From: a virus
Direction: 5' to 3' (one strand)
DNA: 64,000 bases
IMG/VR virus record: IMGVR_UViG_3300026521_000466
Coordinates: 100,798 to 164,797 of that record
In this document: one piece after another, positions 9,249 to 18,911 of the stretch
Numbering within the stretch: position 1 is the first letter of the stretch
Layout of the letters: each line of letters opens with the position of its first letter
Program-made: the position numbers and the translations under genes
The notes under the pieces: generated by a model
What the model was told of the DNA's origin: nothing
The model's input: the letters and a program-made list of their open reading frames with translations, nothing else
Database searches by the model: none

Positions 9249-10511
9249 TTAAAATAAGTCATCTACTGTTAACTCTACCAAGTTATATGTAGTGGCATGG
9301 AATTTAGACATATTGAAATTTAGATATTCGCCACCTAATCCAATAGCTACGAGTAACATACCTTGTTCCACTTTCGATAATGAATCACCTGTGCATTTCT
9401 TACAGAATTTACCTCTTCCTGCCTTACAGAGATGAGGTAATCTCAAATCTACATACTTACCCACTAATGAATCTACTGTATCATTTGATATTCGTATGGT
9501 AGCGCCGTTCTTGAAATAATATTTACCTACCATTATCTCTTTATTATCTTCTGTTATTTTATATGGATATGACTCTTTGGTTTTACAATCATCCACATCA
9601 ATTAGATAAGCGAATAACATCTTCACCAGTATCTTTTCAAAATATCCAGAATCCTTTGTAGAGATACCCCTTTGTGCTGACCCATTGTATATGTTGTTTA
9701 CTATATCTGCAAACTTCTCCTTATCCAAAGGAGCGCCGCTCATTAAGGCTTCCTCTATAATAGCAAATGCCTTTTCTGGATCTAGTGTATCTATCAAACC
9801 TACTGCGACAAATCTCTTTTTCAAGGACTGTTCAACAATCTTTTTATCTGTGGTAATGCCATATGTGGGATCATCTTTCAAATACTCTTTATACCTTGTC
9901 ATTACTTCATTTTCATACTCAAGGTATATTTTGGAATCTTTTAATGCATCGTCCCCATACTTTTTGATATACTTTGCCTTTACCTCTTTTTTATAGCTAT
10001 CCAACCAGTCCGGTTTAAAATCCACCTTTTCGGTAGACGGTATGGTTACATAAACAGCAATAGGTCTCATAAAGACCACTACCTTTGCTGCTTTTTTATA
10101 ATCCGATATAGGTATCTTCTTCTCATTTACCAAAGGTATGAGTTTTTTCTCAATAGTTCCGAAATCAAACATTTCATTAATGTATTCAAACATAGCATTT
10201 GTGCCATACTCAATATATAGATAGTTATTTATTAACCGTCCTACAGTACTCTCCATTCTAGTTTTTACACACCTCATCATATCAGGAGTTACCACCACCT
10301 TATCATTGACTCTAAATACGGGGTCTCCCTTTTTCCTACTGAGAAAATAATCCTTGGATAGATGTAGTGTATAACCATTCTTTTCTATAGTGACTAATTT
10401 ATTATTCTTCCCTGGGGTAGATAGCAAGGTCTTTATATTATCCACATCATGCAGTATTTCGTTACTTACAATATCTTTCCATATTTCATCCATTATACTC
10501 TCCATGCACAA
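9249..10511 (-). CDS. Virion RNA polymerase beta-prime C-terminal subunit (phiKZ gp80-like)
   Basis: STVGRL, bridge helix TKDSGYFEK, zinc ligands DC...C...CxxC, trigger-loop MSKFH. Confidence 0.8.
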   Translation of the reverse strand: MCMESIMDEIWKDIVSNEILHDVDNIKTLLSTPGKNNKLVTIEKNGYTLHLSKDYFLSRKKGDPVFRVNDKVVVTPDMMRCVKTRMESTVGRLINNYLYIEYGTNAMFEYINEMFDFGTIEKKLIPLVNEKKIPISDYKKAAKVVVFMRPIAVYVTIPSTEKVDFKPDWLDSYKKEVKAKYIKKYGDDALKDSKIYLEYENEVMTRYKEYLKDDPTYGITTDKKIVEQSLKKRFVAVGLIDTLDPEKAFAIIEEALMSGAPLDKEKFADIVNNIYNGSAQRGISTKDSGYFEKILVKMLFAYLIDVDDCKTKESYPYKITEDNKEIMVGKYYFKNGATIRISNDTVDSLVGKYVDLRLPHLCKAGRGKFCKKCTGDSLSKVEQGMLLVAIGLGGEYLNFNMSKFHATTYNLVELTVDDLF

Positions 10512-11265
10512 ATCCGTTTACCTGTTCAATATACTCGTCTGGGATATGTATATATAAACGCTCTAAATTATCTGTCAGAGACGCTGTCATAAAGTTTACA
10601 GCAATAAGAACTCTTACTGCCCACTCATCTACATGCCCTGCAAAATCTCTAAATTTTGCAATGATTACATTATCAGTAATCGATAAACGAGATATCTCTC
10701 TAAGGAATGCAAGGTTGATATCTTTGATACTGTATTTTTCAATAAGCTCTTTTCGCTTCTTATTTATTCCATATATCTCTTCCATCTCATGGTCATCAAC
10801 ATCATCAGTAGAAAGAAACTCTTTGATAACAGATATGAAATCATCTTCAATATCTCCTATCAGATAATGCAAGTCTTCAGATATAACAAGGAAGTATTCG
10901 GACAGTAAATCATTTAGAGATTCTATATTATCCTCGCCATCCAATGCTAATAGCGCATCTTCTTTTAAACCAATATCGATATCCTCGAGCACGATTATAG
11001 CCTGAAGAATATCCAGAGCTTTTGATAATGAACACTCTTCGTTTACAGTAATACCAAAATTGCTCAATGTGTTTCGTATATTTCTTTCAAAGATGTCCAA
11101 TACCTCTGAGTGTATGTGATCTCCTTCATATATATTATTCGTTAATTCATTAAGCTCATCTGTGTAGATTGTTGTATTGAAATATTCAAGTACCTCCACA
11201 CATTTTGAAAATAATTCCCCTGCCATTGGATTTATTAATCTATGCTCGATCATATATCGTATCAT
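10486..11265 (-). CDS. Acidic hypothetical protein
   Basis: 259 aa ORF with AAGGA RBS, coupled to the RNAP subunit gene. Confidence 0.75.
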   Translation of the reverse strand: MIRYMIEHRLINPMAGELFSKCVEVLEYFNTTIYTDELNELTNNIYEGDHIHSEVLDIFERNIRNTLSNFGITVNEECSLSKALDILQAIIVLEDIDIGLKEDALLALDGEDNIESLNDLLSEYFLVISEDLHYLIGDIEDDFISVIKEFLSTDDVDDHEMEEIYGINKKRKELIEKYSIKDINLAFLREISRLSITDNVIIAKFRDFAGHVDEWAVRVLIAVNFMTASLTDNLERLYIHIPDEYIEQVNGFVHGEYNG

Positions 11266-11355
11266 CTTTTCATTCCTTATAGTTATATTATATTCAATTA
11301 AATTTTACTTTTACTATATTAATGAACAATACAAACAGTAAAAAAGGATAAGACA

Positions 11356-11763
11356 ATGAGTATTAACAGAAAGATAAGAAGAAAACAGGAACAAAACACA
11401 ATTAAAGACAAAGAGATCGACAGTGTTATAGCAAATGCTAAAAAGTTGATCATTACTGCCAAAGAGCCAAAAGCATTTTTAAGCGAATTGCTATATAATA
11501 TTGTGGAATCAGAGGAGACGAAAGATGATATTGCTTATGTCAAAGGTATATATAACGGCATAGAAAATGTCATTCCATCCATTGAGGAAAATATTAAAAA
11601 ACTAGAATTATTGGTTGGTGCAAAACGAACAGATAAGTTTATGCTTGATGCGGTTGAAACAATAATGGAAGTAAGTGAAAAATGTTTATTGTTGGAAGAT
11701 AATATACGAAAAGCTTACACGGTATTTAAAAGTCTTGAAGAAGCAGGTGAAAAAAATGAGTAA
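11356..11763 (+). CDS. Hypothetical coiled-coil protein
   Basis: AAGGA RBS; possible TATATTAAT promoter at about 11303-11324. Confidence 0.75.
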   Translation: MSINRKIRRKQEQNTIKDKEIDSVIANAKKLIITAKEPKAFLSELLYNIVESEETKDDIAYVKGIYNGIENVIPSIEENIKKLELLVGAKRTDKFMLDAVETIMEVSEKCLLLEDNIRKAYTVFKSLEEAGEKNE

Positions 11764-13219
11764 AGAAAAAAAGATGTTAGGTGAAATTGGAGAAAACGAT
11801 ATAGGTGTTTTTCTCCCCACAAATTATGTTAATGCATATAATGCAATGGCTGAAAAGTTTGAGGCAATAGAAAAAGCGGTGTATAATAGTAACGATCAAG
11901 AGGTTGTTTTAAAAACATTACAAGAGCAGTTGGCAAAATCTTTCTATGCTTTAAATTTCGGATATAATGTAAAACAAGAGTCAAAGTTAAATAACAAGAT
12001 CGAAATAGAGGCAAATGGGGACGTAAAACAACTTATAAATAAAGAGGCTACAGTAAAACCTAAAAGACAGGGTAAACTAAAAGGTACAGGTTTATCAGCT
12101 ATTGCTGCAAATGCAACAGGTGTTTCTGCAAAACAGACCAAGTGGCATCTTTACAATAGTGGATTTTGGATAACTATTAAACCTATGAGTTCAGATGATA
12201 AGATTGCATTAGAAGCAAGATTGGTTAATGAACTTGTTGAAGTAGGTATTAATACGTTAGGTTTAATATTCAGTAATGATGCAGCGGCATATCGCTCTAT
12301 TTTATTGGATTTTTTACGGCCATTTATAGATATGTCAAACAGTTCTCTAAAATTTGAAGAGGGCGATGACCCATATGATTATATCTCTGCTCTTGATACC
12401 GATATACTTATAGCTGCGCTTGTCTATAACATCTACCCGACAGGTTTTCCAATCACTCTCATCTGTAGAAACAATTTGGAGATTGAAGTGAATGGTGTGA
12501 AAAGTCGCGCTAAATGCGATAATGTATTGGAAGATACGGTGAATGCGTTGGAGTGCGTCTATGCGGACATGGATTCTCTTACCGAAGAGCAGATCAATAT
12601 TTTGGCCATGGGACGCGCCTCCGTATATAAAGGCACTGAGGAAGAGTATCAAAATGACAATGAAATAGGACTCTCCATATTGGACTACAAAAATGACATG
12701 GTAAATGTAAGAGAACTATCATATACAAACGGAAAATTCAATACAGCTATGGATATAAAATTGACAATAGGCGATACTACAGTAAATGATTTACTTAAGT
12801 CTGCCGATAAATTTATCATTGACTTGAAGACTAAAATAGACGATATCATTTTGGAGCTCTCCGATAAAACAGAAAAACAGGCAGTGATTGAGCAATTTAT
12901 GGATAACGTACTCTTGGGTAAATATATCCATTTCATAAAACGTCTTGAGATAGGCGGAAATTGGTCGGATGATATGTATGATATTTATGATGCTCTTAAT
13001 ACACTGCGCGAGAATGATGAACTTGCGGCTGATATTATCACAAAGATATCTGAGTTCATAGATGACACACTCAATTATGCCATAGGACATCCTAGATTTG
13101 AATGTAGTCAATGTAAAAAAGTAATGAATGAAGATAAAGTACTGCCAAACAAGAACCTTGAAAGTATCATACCATTTAACATACTATATGTTTTTACGAT
13201 TCTCCGTATTATGCCATAA
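11756..13219 (+). CDS. phiKZ-like core protein with C-terminal CxxC
   Basis: Start at ATG 11756 after GGTGA; LYNSGFWIT and ECSQC motifs recalled from a phiKZ-like core family. Confidence 0.7.
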   Translation: MSKEKKMLGEIGENDIGVFLPTNYVNAYNAMAEKFEAIEKAVYNSNDQEVVLKTLQEQLAKSFYALNFGYNVKQESKLNNKIEIEANGDVKQLINKEATVKPKRQGKLKGTGLSAIAANATGVSAKQTKWHLYNSGFWITIKPMSSDDKIALEARLVNELVEVGINTLGLIFSNDAAAYRSILLDFLRPFIDMSNSSLKFEEGDDPYDYISALDTDILIAALVYNIYPTGFPITLICRNNLEIEVNGVKSRAKCDNVLEDTVNALECVYADMDSLTEEQINILAMGRASVYKGTEEEYQNDNEIGLSILDYKNDMVNVRELSYTNGKFNTAMDIKLTIGDTTVNDLLKSADKFIIDLKTKIDDIILELSDKTEKQAVIEQFMDNVLLGKYIHFIKRLEIGGNWSDDMYDIYDALNTLRENDELAADIITKISEFIDDTLNYAIGHPRFECSQCKKVMNEDKVLPNKNLESIIPFNILYVFTILRIMP

Positions 13220-13350
13220 AAGAGAATGGCGAAGAAACTTCCCATCCTTTCATTAATGCGGAGACTATATACGGTCATAAACAGATTATTTATGGTAGTA
13301 GCGCTAACCTTAATCAAATACCACTCTTTGCAGATGTATTAAGAACCAAT

Positions 13351-13680
13351 GTGGATAACTATACGGATCTTAATATTGTGAAGAGGGCATCGTATAGACG
13401 AATATATGGTGAGATCAAAGAGAGTGAATTTTATAAAAAACTCTACCCTATCATGCAATCCAAGCTATTGGATTTGGGATATAACAAGACAAGGTATGAG
13501 ATGATGGAAATGTTTGTAATAAACAATATGCAAAAGAACTTAAATATTACATTTAAGGAGTTTATGGCACTTCCCATACTGGACGCTTTTGAGTTGGTGC
13601 ACTACACAATGAAGTTAAACAAAAAGATATTGGAATTGAAAAAGACAGGAACGCCAAATGAAAATGACAATATATACTGA
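13351..13680 (+). CDS. Hypothetical protein
   Basis: 109 aa ORF in the plus-strand operon; start uncertain. Confidence 0.65.
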   Translation: MDNYTDLNIVKRASYRRIYGEIKESEFYKKLYPIMQSKLLDLGYNKTRYEMMEMFVINNMQKNLNITFKEFMALPILDAFELVHYTMKLNKKILELKKTGTPNENDNIY

Positions 13681-14281
13681 GATAGATACTCTGTTTGACA
13701 CAAGACTCCCCATCGTGACAGAAGTTCACGATGTGGGAAAAAAGAGTTATATCAATAGGACAGATGACAATTTCGATTTTATCGGAGAAGATTCTTTTAA
13801 AATACTCTATAGTAAACGAGAGAGGTTTCATTTACATAAAGCAAAACCTACCCTTATGTTTGAAGAGATAGGTAATATGGCAAATAAAATGATTAAAGAG
13901 AATGAAGGAGTTAGCATTGAGTTGATTCTAAACATTTATCCTTATGAATTAATGCCTGTTGAAATATGTAACTTTATGGAGCTATTAGAAGAAACATATC
14001 CATTTTGCAAAATCACCATAGCTGATATAAAACCAACATATGAAATATTAAGTCGATATAATGTAACAGTATGTTATACAGGGATAGAGTTGTTAGAGGA
14101 TGCTTTTCGACACGGAGCTGATATACTATCATCTGATACGTCATTGGTCGTCCCTGCATTGGCTAGTCGGTATGCTAATGGTTTAGATATAGTGAATGGC
14201 TTCAAGGCAACCATGAAAGAGTTTGAACCAATAATAAACTTAGTTTACTACGATGCGATATATTGGTCTCATTATGAATAA
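13658..14281 (+). CDS. Jumbo-phage protein, possibly degenerate HAD-like fold
   Basis: N-terminal IYTEIDTLFDTRL and LNIYPYEL. Confidence 0.6.
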   Translation: MKMTIYTEIDTLFDTRLPIVTEVHDVGKKSYINRTDDNFDFIGEDSFKILYSKRERFHLHKAKPTLMFEEIGNMANKMIKENEGVSIELILNIYPYELMPVEICNFMELLEETYPFCKITIADIKPTYEILSRYNVTVCYTGIELLEDAFRHGADILSSDTSLVVPALASRYANGLDIVNGFKATMKEFEPIINLVYYDAIYWSHYE

Positions 14282-14371
14282 TATATTTATATGACTATAA
14301 ATGTTATGTAGTCAAAAATACCTATGATATGGTATTTGCAAATATCAAATTAACACAATAAAGGACATTTT

Positions 14372-15682
14372 ATGTTTACACTTAAATCTATGGTAACGGC
14401 TGCGGCTGAGCCAAATCTCGAAAGCCATCAACAAGACGATGGTGCAAAAGCATTTGTAACTGGTTATGAAGCTGGTATGATGGACGCTCAAGTTGAGCAA
14501 GGATTCTCTCTTCTTTCTGAAGCATGTGATGATATGGACAATATGAGCGAAGCAAGAGCAATTGTTGCAAGTAACCTTGAAAGCGGAACTGTTACAAATG
14601 AACTGCAAGAAGCATACCAATCTGTAATGTATCGCATGGAAGGTAAATATGGAATCACTGGTCTTGGTGATGTAAACCTTGAAAGTGGAGAAGCTGTAAA
14701 AGGATTCTTGAAAAACCTCGCTGCCGGCGCTGCACAAATCATTGCTAAGATCACTGCAATGGCTAAAAAAGTATGGCTTAACTTCTCTGCATGGCTTGCT
14801 ACTTCTGACGACAAAGTTAAATCTCTGAAGAAGAAACTTGAAAAAGCAAAAGAAGAAGGAAAAGAATTCAGAATCAAAGGTGAGAAAAAAGCCGATCAAT
14901 TTGCTACAATAGTTGCAAAAGCAGAACTGGTTGTTCCAAGCGAAAGCCTAATATACCAAGGTGATGACAAATTCAAGACTGACGGCCTAAAACCTTCTGA
15001 TGCTAAAACCGCCGTTGAAGCCGCACTTGCTGGCGAACTTGACACCAATGCAATTGCAGAAAATGGTAAATTGGGATATGCTAGACTAAATCTCCCAGTA
15101 GAAAAACTTGACATTTCAAATGAAAAAGATGAGTTCTTGTTGAAAGACAAAAATACAATAACATATCTTGTTGGAATGACTACAACTTCATTCTCTGTAC
15201 TCGCTATAAACACTGAGTTTACCCCAGAAGATTCTACTGAAGATCCATTCTATGTTGCAAAACTAATCTCCTTTAACAGAGAAGTTGATATTGAAGGTGA
15301 TCTGGATAAAACGAAAGAGGACCTCTTTGGTAAAACAAATATCGATGCTGATGAAGAAGTGAATGTGAAAAAAGATGATCTCCACGTTGAAAAGGTAATT
15401 ACACTATGTAATACTTTACCAAAAGCAAAAGATCTTCAGAACAGTATCAAAAAAGGTTTCAAAGGCCTTGATAAAACAGCAAAAGCTGTAGAAAAAACTT
15501 TCGGTAAAGTTGATGATTGGGAAGGTAAAGGTAAAGCTGCCGCTGCGAAGAAAACCGCATACGTTGCTGCATCCAGAGCACTCTACTCAAATGTAAAATG
15601 GAAACTTGACGTTTACAGATCTACATTGGCAATCGTAGAGTTTGTTGCAGGTAACCTCTCCAAACCAACAGAAACCAAATAA
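14372..15682 (+). CDS. Internal head/ejection protein with propeptide
   Basis: Acidic N-terminus with three NLES repeats (putative prohead-protease sites), then an amphipathic helix and coiled coil; AAGGA RBS; terminator follows. Confidence 0.7.
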   Translation: MFTLKSMVTAAAEPNLESHQQDDGAKAFVTGYEAGMMDAQVEQGFSLLSEACDDMDNMSEARAIVASNLESGTVTNELQEAYQSVMYRMEGKYGITGLGDVNLESGEAVKGFLKNLAAGAAQIIAKITAMAKKVWLNFSAWLATSDDKVKSLKKKLEKAKEEGKEFRIKGEKKADQFATIVAKAELVVPSESLIYQGDDKFKTDGLKPSDAKTAVEAALAGELDTNAIAENGKLGYARLNLPVEKLDISNEKDEFLLKDKNTITYLVGMTTTSFSVLAINTEFTPEDSTEDPFYVAKLISFNREVDIEGDLDKTKEDLFGKTNIDADEEVNVKKDDLHVEKVITLCNTLPKAKDLQNSIKKGFKGLDKTAKAVEKTFGKVDDWEGKGKAAAAKKTAYVAASRALYSNVKWKLDVYRSTLAIVEFVAGNLSKPTETK

Positions 15683-15687
15683 TACCA

Positions 15688-15736
15688 TATCCAGGTATAT
15701 TCAGTATGGCTCATGCCATACTGGATACTATCTTTT
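15688..15736 (+). terminator. Rho-independent terminator
   Basis: CAGTATGGC/GCCATACTG hairpin followed by a T tract. Confidence 0.7.
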
Positions 15737-15828
15737 AATTGTTTTATATTCCGTTGTTTATATTCTTTTTATATTGAAATATACACTAAACTGATTTTCT
15801 ATGATTATACTATAAAAAGGGAATAACT

Positions 15829-16806
15829 ATGTTTAATATTAAAGAAATGGTTAAAGATTATAAAGGACAGGAATACTTTGAACCAAACTATAATTTAGAA
15901 GATGATGCTGAAAAATATATGAGTGACACAGAAGATATAGCCAAACACTGTTTTGACAGATCTACACTTGGTGATATATATATGTCTCTTAAAGACGTTA
16001 ACATGGAAGGATTTGTAAAAAACACAGCAGATATTATCAAGAGTCTATGGATACGATTTAAAGAGATGTTGTCTAAAATACTCAATGTTGTAAAAAAAGC
16101 ATGGTTGCGAACAGTGATCTTCTTTGCAAAAAAAGATAAAGAGTTAACAAGGTATAAAGAAAGAGCCGGTAAAGCTATTATGATAGAGAGCACGAATAAG
16201 AATGCGCTGAAGGACCTCTTACAAAATTATGGTTTCAACTATAAATTAGGATTTATAACAAACGCAGACGTTGACTCAAGTGCATTGCATACAGATAAAG
16301 ACTATGATAGAATACGTGATATCATCAAGTATGTAAAGAAACCAAAATCTAAAACAGTAGATTATCTTATGGGGAAAAGCAATGCCTCTTTTATCGCTAT
16401 TGATAAAGATGCTGTATACTTGACATCAATAAGTAAAGAATCAAATAACGAAAAGTATGCTAGTATGTATAAAGAGATTGTGGATCATAAATATTATGAT
16501 GAAGCAAAGAAAAAAATGTACAAAGATATTGACGATGGTGATATTACAGAAGGTGTTAAGAGTCTATTTGCAAATATTGAACCATTTGACATTATCAAAA
16601 CAAAGCTTAACAAAGCATCATCTATGTTAGAAGGGTATGCCCATAGAATAGAAGCACTCATGAATGAGAATACAAGCGACACAAAGAGAGTACAGCTGCG
16701 TTATGAGACGTATAATACTGAAGTAAAGTATATTTACTATACTATTAAGTATATGATACGCCAAACTAAACTTGGACTCAATATGGGCGAGTTACTATTT
16801 GATTAA
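15829..16806 (+). CDS. Internal head protein, paralog of 14372..15682
   Basis: Similar N-terminus (MFxxKxMV), NLE/NME sites and KKxWL amphipathic helix. Confidence 0.65.
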   Translation: MFNIKEMVKDYKGQEYFEPNYNLEDDAEKYMSDTEDIAKHCFDRSTLGDIYMSLKDVNMEGFVKNTADIIKSLWIRFKEMLSKILNVVKKAWLRTVIFFAKKDKELTRYKERAGKAIMIESTNKNALKDLLQNYGFNYKLGFITNADVDSSALHTDKDYDRIRDIIKYVKKPKSKTVDYLMGKSNASFIAIDKDAVYLTSISKESNNEKYASMYKEIVDHKYYDEAKKKMYKDIDDGDITEGVKSLFANIEPFDIIKTKLNKASSMLEGYAHRIEALMNENTSDTKRVQLRYETYNTEVKYIYYTIKYMIRQTKLGLNMGELLFD

Positions 16807-16846
16807 AAAAAGATACACTCTGTAGGAGCATGTGCTCCTACAGAGA
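16806..16846. terminator. Terminator between convergent genes
   Basis: CTCTGTAGGAGCA/TGCTCCTACAGAG perfect hairpin. Confidence 0.75.
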
Positions 16847-17416
16847 TGTTTTAATCTCAGTGACGTCTTCTCCACTATTTATCTTTTTACAATATGCTGT
16901 ATAAACATCTTGTAACATAAGATAGTCGCTTATAGACAATCCTCCTGTTGGAGATGTATAGAAGCCACCCTCATGATCTGGTGTGGATCTACCTGCGTGT
17001 ATCTCTTTATAATCTATGGTATCTTTAATATCTTCCACTGCACCATAGTCAAAATCAAATCCAGCAATAACCTGATCTTCTTTTGCCTTGTACATTTCAT
17101 CAAGATACATAAGTCCATAAACCATATCCTCTGTAGGGTCGTAGAACTCTTCTAATAACTCAGGCATATATAGATCAAGAGTAAATATCTCTTCATAAAT
17201 ACCTGTTATATCATCATAGACATCATCTACAAGTTGTAGATACTCGTCTGATTCATAGAAGTCCACTACTCTCCTTGTATCAATCCATGCATCTCGCCCC
17301 ATGTCATTCAGCATACTACTGAACTTATCCATGCCGGAGCTCAATGATGAGATGTCCACCACCCTTCCCTCACGTTGTGCAAAGGCTTGATAGTTTAAAT
17401 AGGATGTATCTGCCAT
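16838..17416 (-). CDS. Acidic hypothetical protein downstream of nvRNAP beta-prime N
   Basis: 192 aa ORF with AAAGGA RBS. Confidence 0.75.
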   Translation of the reverse strand: MADTSYLNYQAFAQREGRVVDISSLSSGMDKFSSMLNDMGRDAWIDTRRVVDFYESDEYLQLVDDVYDDITGIYEEIFTLDLYMPELLEEFYDPTEDMVYGLMYLDEMYKAKEDQVIAGFDFDYGAVEDIKDTIDYKEIHAGRSTPDHEGGFYTSPTGGLSISDYLMLQDVYTAYCKKINSGEDVTEIKTSL

Positions 17417-17418
17417 AT

Positions 17419-18861
17419 TTATCCTTTCAGTAGTTTCTCTTGTTGATATATTGCATTAGAGATTGTCATAGTGGTAATATCAGGCACAGCTACTTTTCCG
17501 AAAACTTCACCTGGAGATGACGCACAACTTAATGATGTATTATGCGGCTTAAATACACTAAACATATCTGCTAACTTCTTATCTAGTGGAAGCGCTATAT
17601 TAAGTTGGTCACCGTCAACATCGGCATTTGGTAAAGGCATAACCATTAAAGACATACTCAGAGTCTCATCATAAACATTCTCCTTCACATATGTGATACG
17701 TTGAAGTAGTTCGGATGCATTGTTCTGCGATGGATTTCGTTGCAATAGTGCAGGTATACCATCTCCGGATTCCTTTAAGAGTATTTGTATCACATCCCAT
17801 ATTACATCCACCTTTTTAATCTCAGCTTCAAACAGAAGATCGGTGATCTCATTATATGAATAGTTCATGCGATTATACATAATATTTATTATGTGTAAAC
17901 GTAATACTACAATAGCTATCTTCCACGGTATGTGAAGCTCATCTATCTCATGCTTTCCTACAATAGGAGTAAGTACAGCTCTAAATGAGAAGTGAGCTCT
18001 AAATCCATAGAGATTCTTTCTCCACAACCCACTCTTTGAAGAGAGTAAATCATTGGTTATTCCAAGGTCGGCGTTTGCTAGTAATGAAATGATACGACCT
18101 GTAATCTTTTCATTATACTCTTTTTTATTTAAGTCTTTATACCTAATGTAGAGCAGTGCAGTATTGACAACCTCTGTAAGATACCCTTGGATAAATTGGC
18201 CTTTATTTGTCTTCTCCTGGATTACAAACCTCCTGTTTGGAAGGGGGAGTCTATCAGATAGAATAGTCTCCTTATGATTTCTATAGACATCTATGAGCTT
18301 ATTTATCCTAAGTCTCTTTTTCTTATCCGTGGTTACAGATGCAATTACGGAGAGTATCTTTACAAGGTTCTGTTGGAAGTACGTATAACTTCTTTCTAAA
18401 CCAGTAATAGACTTTACTGCATTCATTACCCTGCTAGTCACTGCATTGAGACGAATGTTGTATCTCTTATTACTGAACCATGTGATAAGAGAGAAGTTCC
18501 CATTTTGCAGGCCCAGTGTTTTATCCATCAGCAATATATAATGCGGAGAGATAAACTGTGGCATATTTGGAAATTTCTGTAACCAAGCAAAAGGCATATA
18601 GTCAGTATAGGCCTCTCTAACCTCTGTATTGCACGATTTACAGACGACACCTATATCTGCATTCTTCACCAACTCTCCGCAGTAGCAGGACGCTACAAGA
18701 GAGATAACATCATCATTGATGGTAGTCTTGATCGCCTTCTCCAGTATCTCTCTATCTTTTTGACTATTGTAGTCAAGTTTGGCAATATCCAAAATAAGCG
18801 ATGGGTCTATTGTATTGTATAGACTATCAATATCTGTCATTACAGCCTGTAACGATTTCAT
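17419..18861 (-). CDS. Non-virion RNA polymerase beta-prime N-terminal catalytic subunit (phiKZ gp55-like)
   Basis: Zinc ribbon CYCG...CKSC, KSGLWRKNLYGFR, RAVLTP, QRNPS, catalytic NADVDGD. Confidence 0.9.
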   Translation of the reverse strand: MKSLQAVMTDIDSLYNTIDPSLILDIAKLDYNSQKDREILEKAIKTTINDDVISLVASCYCGELVKNADIGVVCKSCNTEVREAYTDYMPFAWLQKFPNMPQFISPHYILLMDKTLGLQNGNFSLITWFSNKRYNIRLNAVTSRVMNAVKSITGLERSYTYFQQNLVKILSVIASVTTDKKKRLRINKLIDVYRNHKETILSDRLPLPNRRFVIQEKTNKGQFIQGYLTEVVNTALLYIRYKDLNKKEYNEKITGRIISLLANADLGITNDLLSSKSGLWRKNLYGFRAHFSFRAVLTPIVGKHEIDELHIPWKIAIVVLRLHIINIMYNRMNYSYNEITDLLFEAEIKKVDVIWDVIQILLKESGDGIPALLQRNPSQNNASELLQRITYVKENVYDETLSMSLMVMPLPNADVDGDQLNIALPLDKKLADMFSVFKPHNTSLSCASSPGEVFGKVAVPDITTMTISNAIYQQEKLLKG

Positions 18862-18885
18862 TTTTTCTCCTTTTTCTGTTTGGTT

Positions 18886-18908
18886 ACACTTTAATAATAT
18901 ATAAATAG
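18886..18908 (-). promoter_or_regulatory. Early-type promoter upstream of the nvRNAP subunit
   Basis: Minus strand reads TTTATATATTATTAAAGTG. Confidence 0.6.
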
Positions 18909-18911
18909 TAA

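Noticed and set aside
17419-18861. Group I intron in the nvRNAP beta-prime N gene, as in some relatives
   Set aside because: The ORF is continuous with all motifs in frame.
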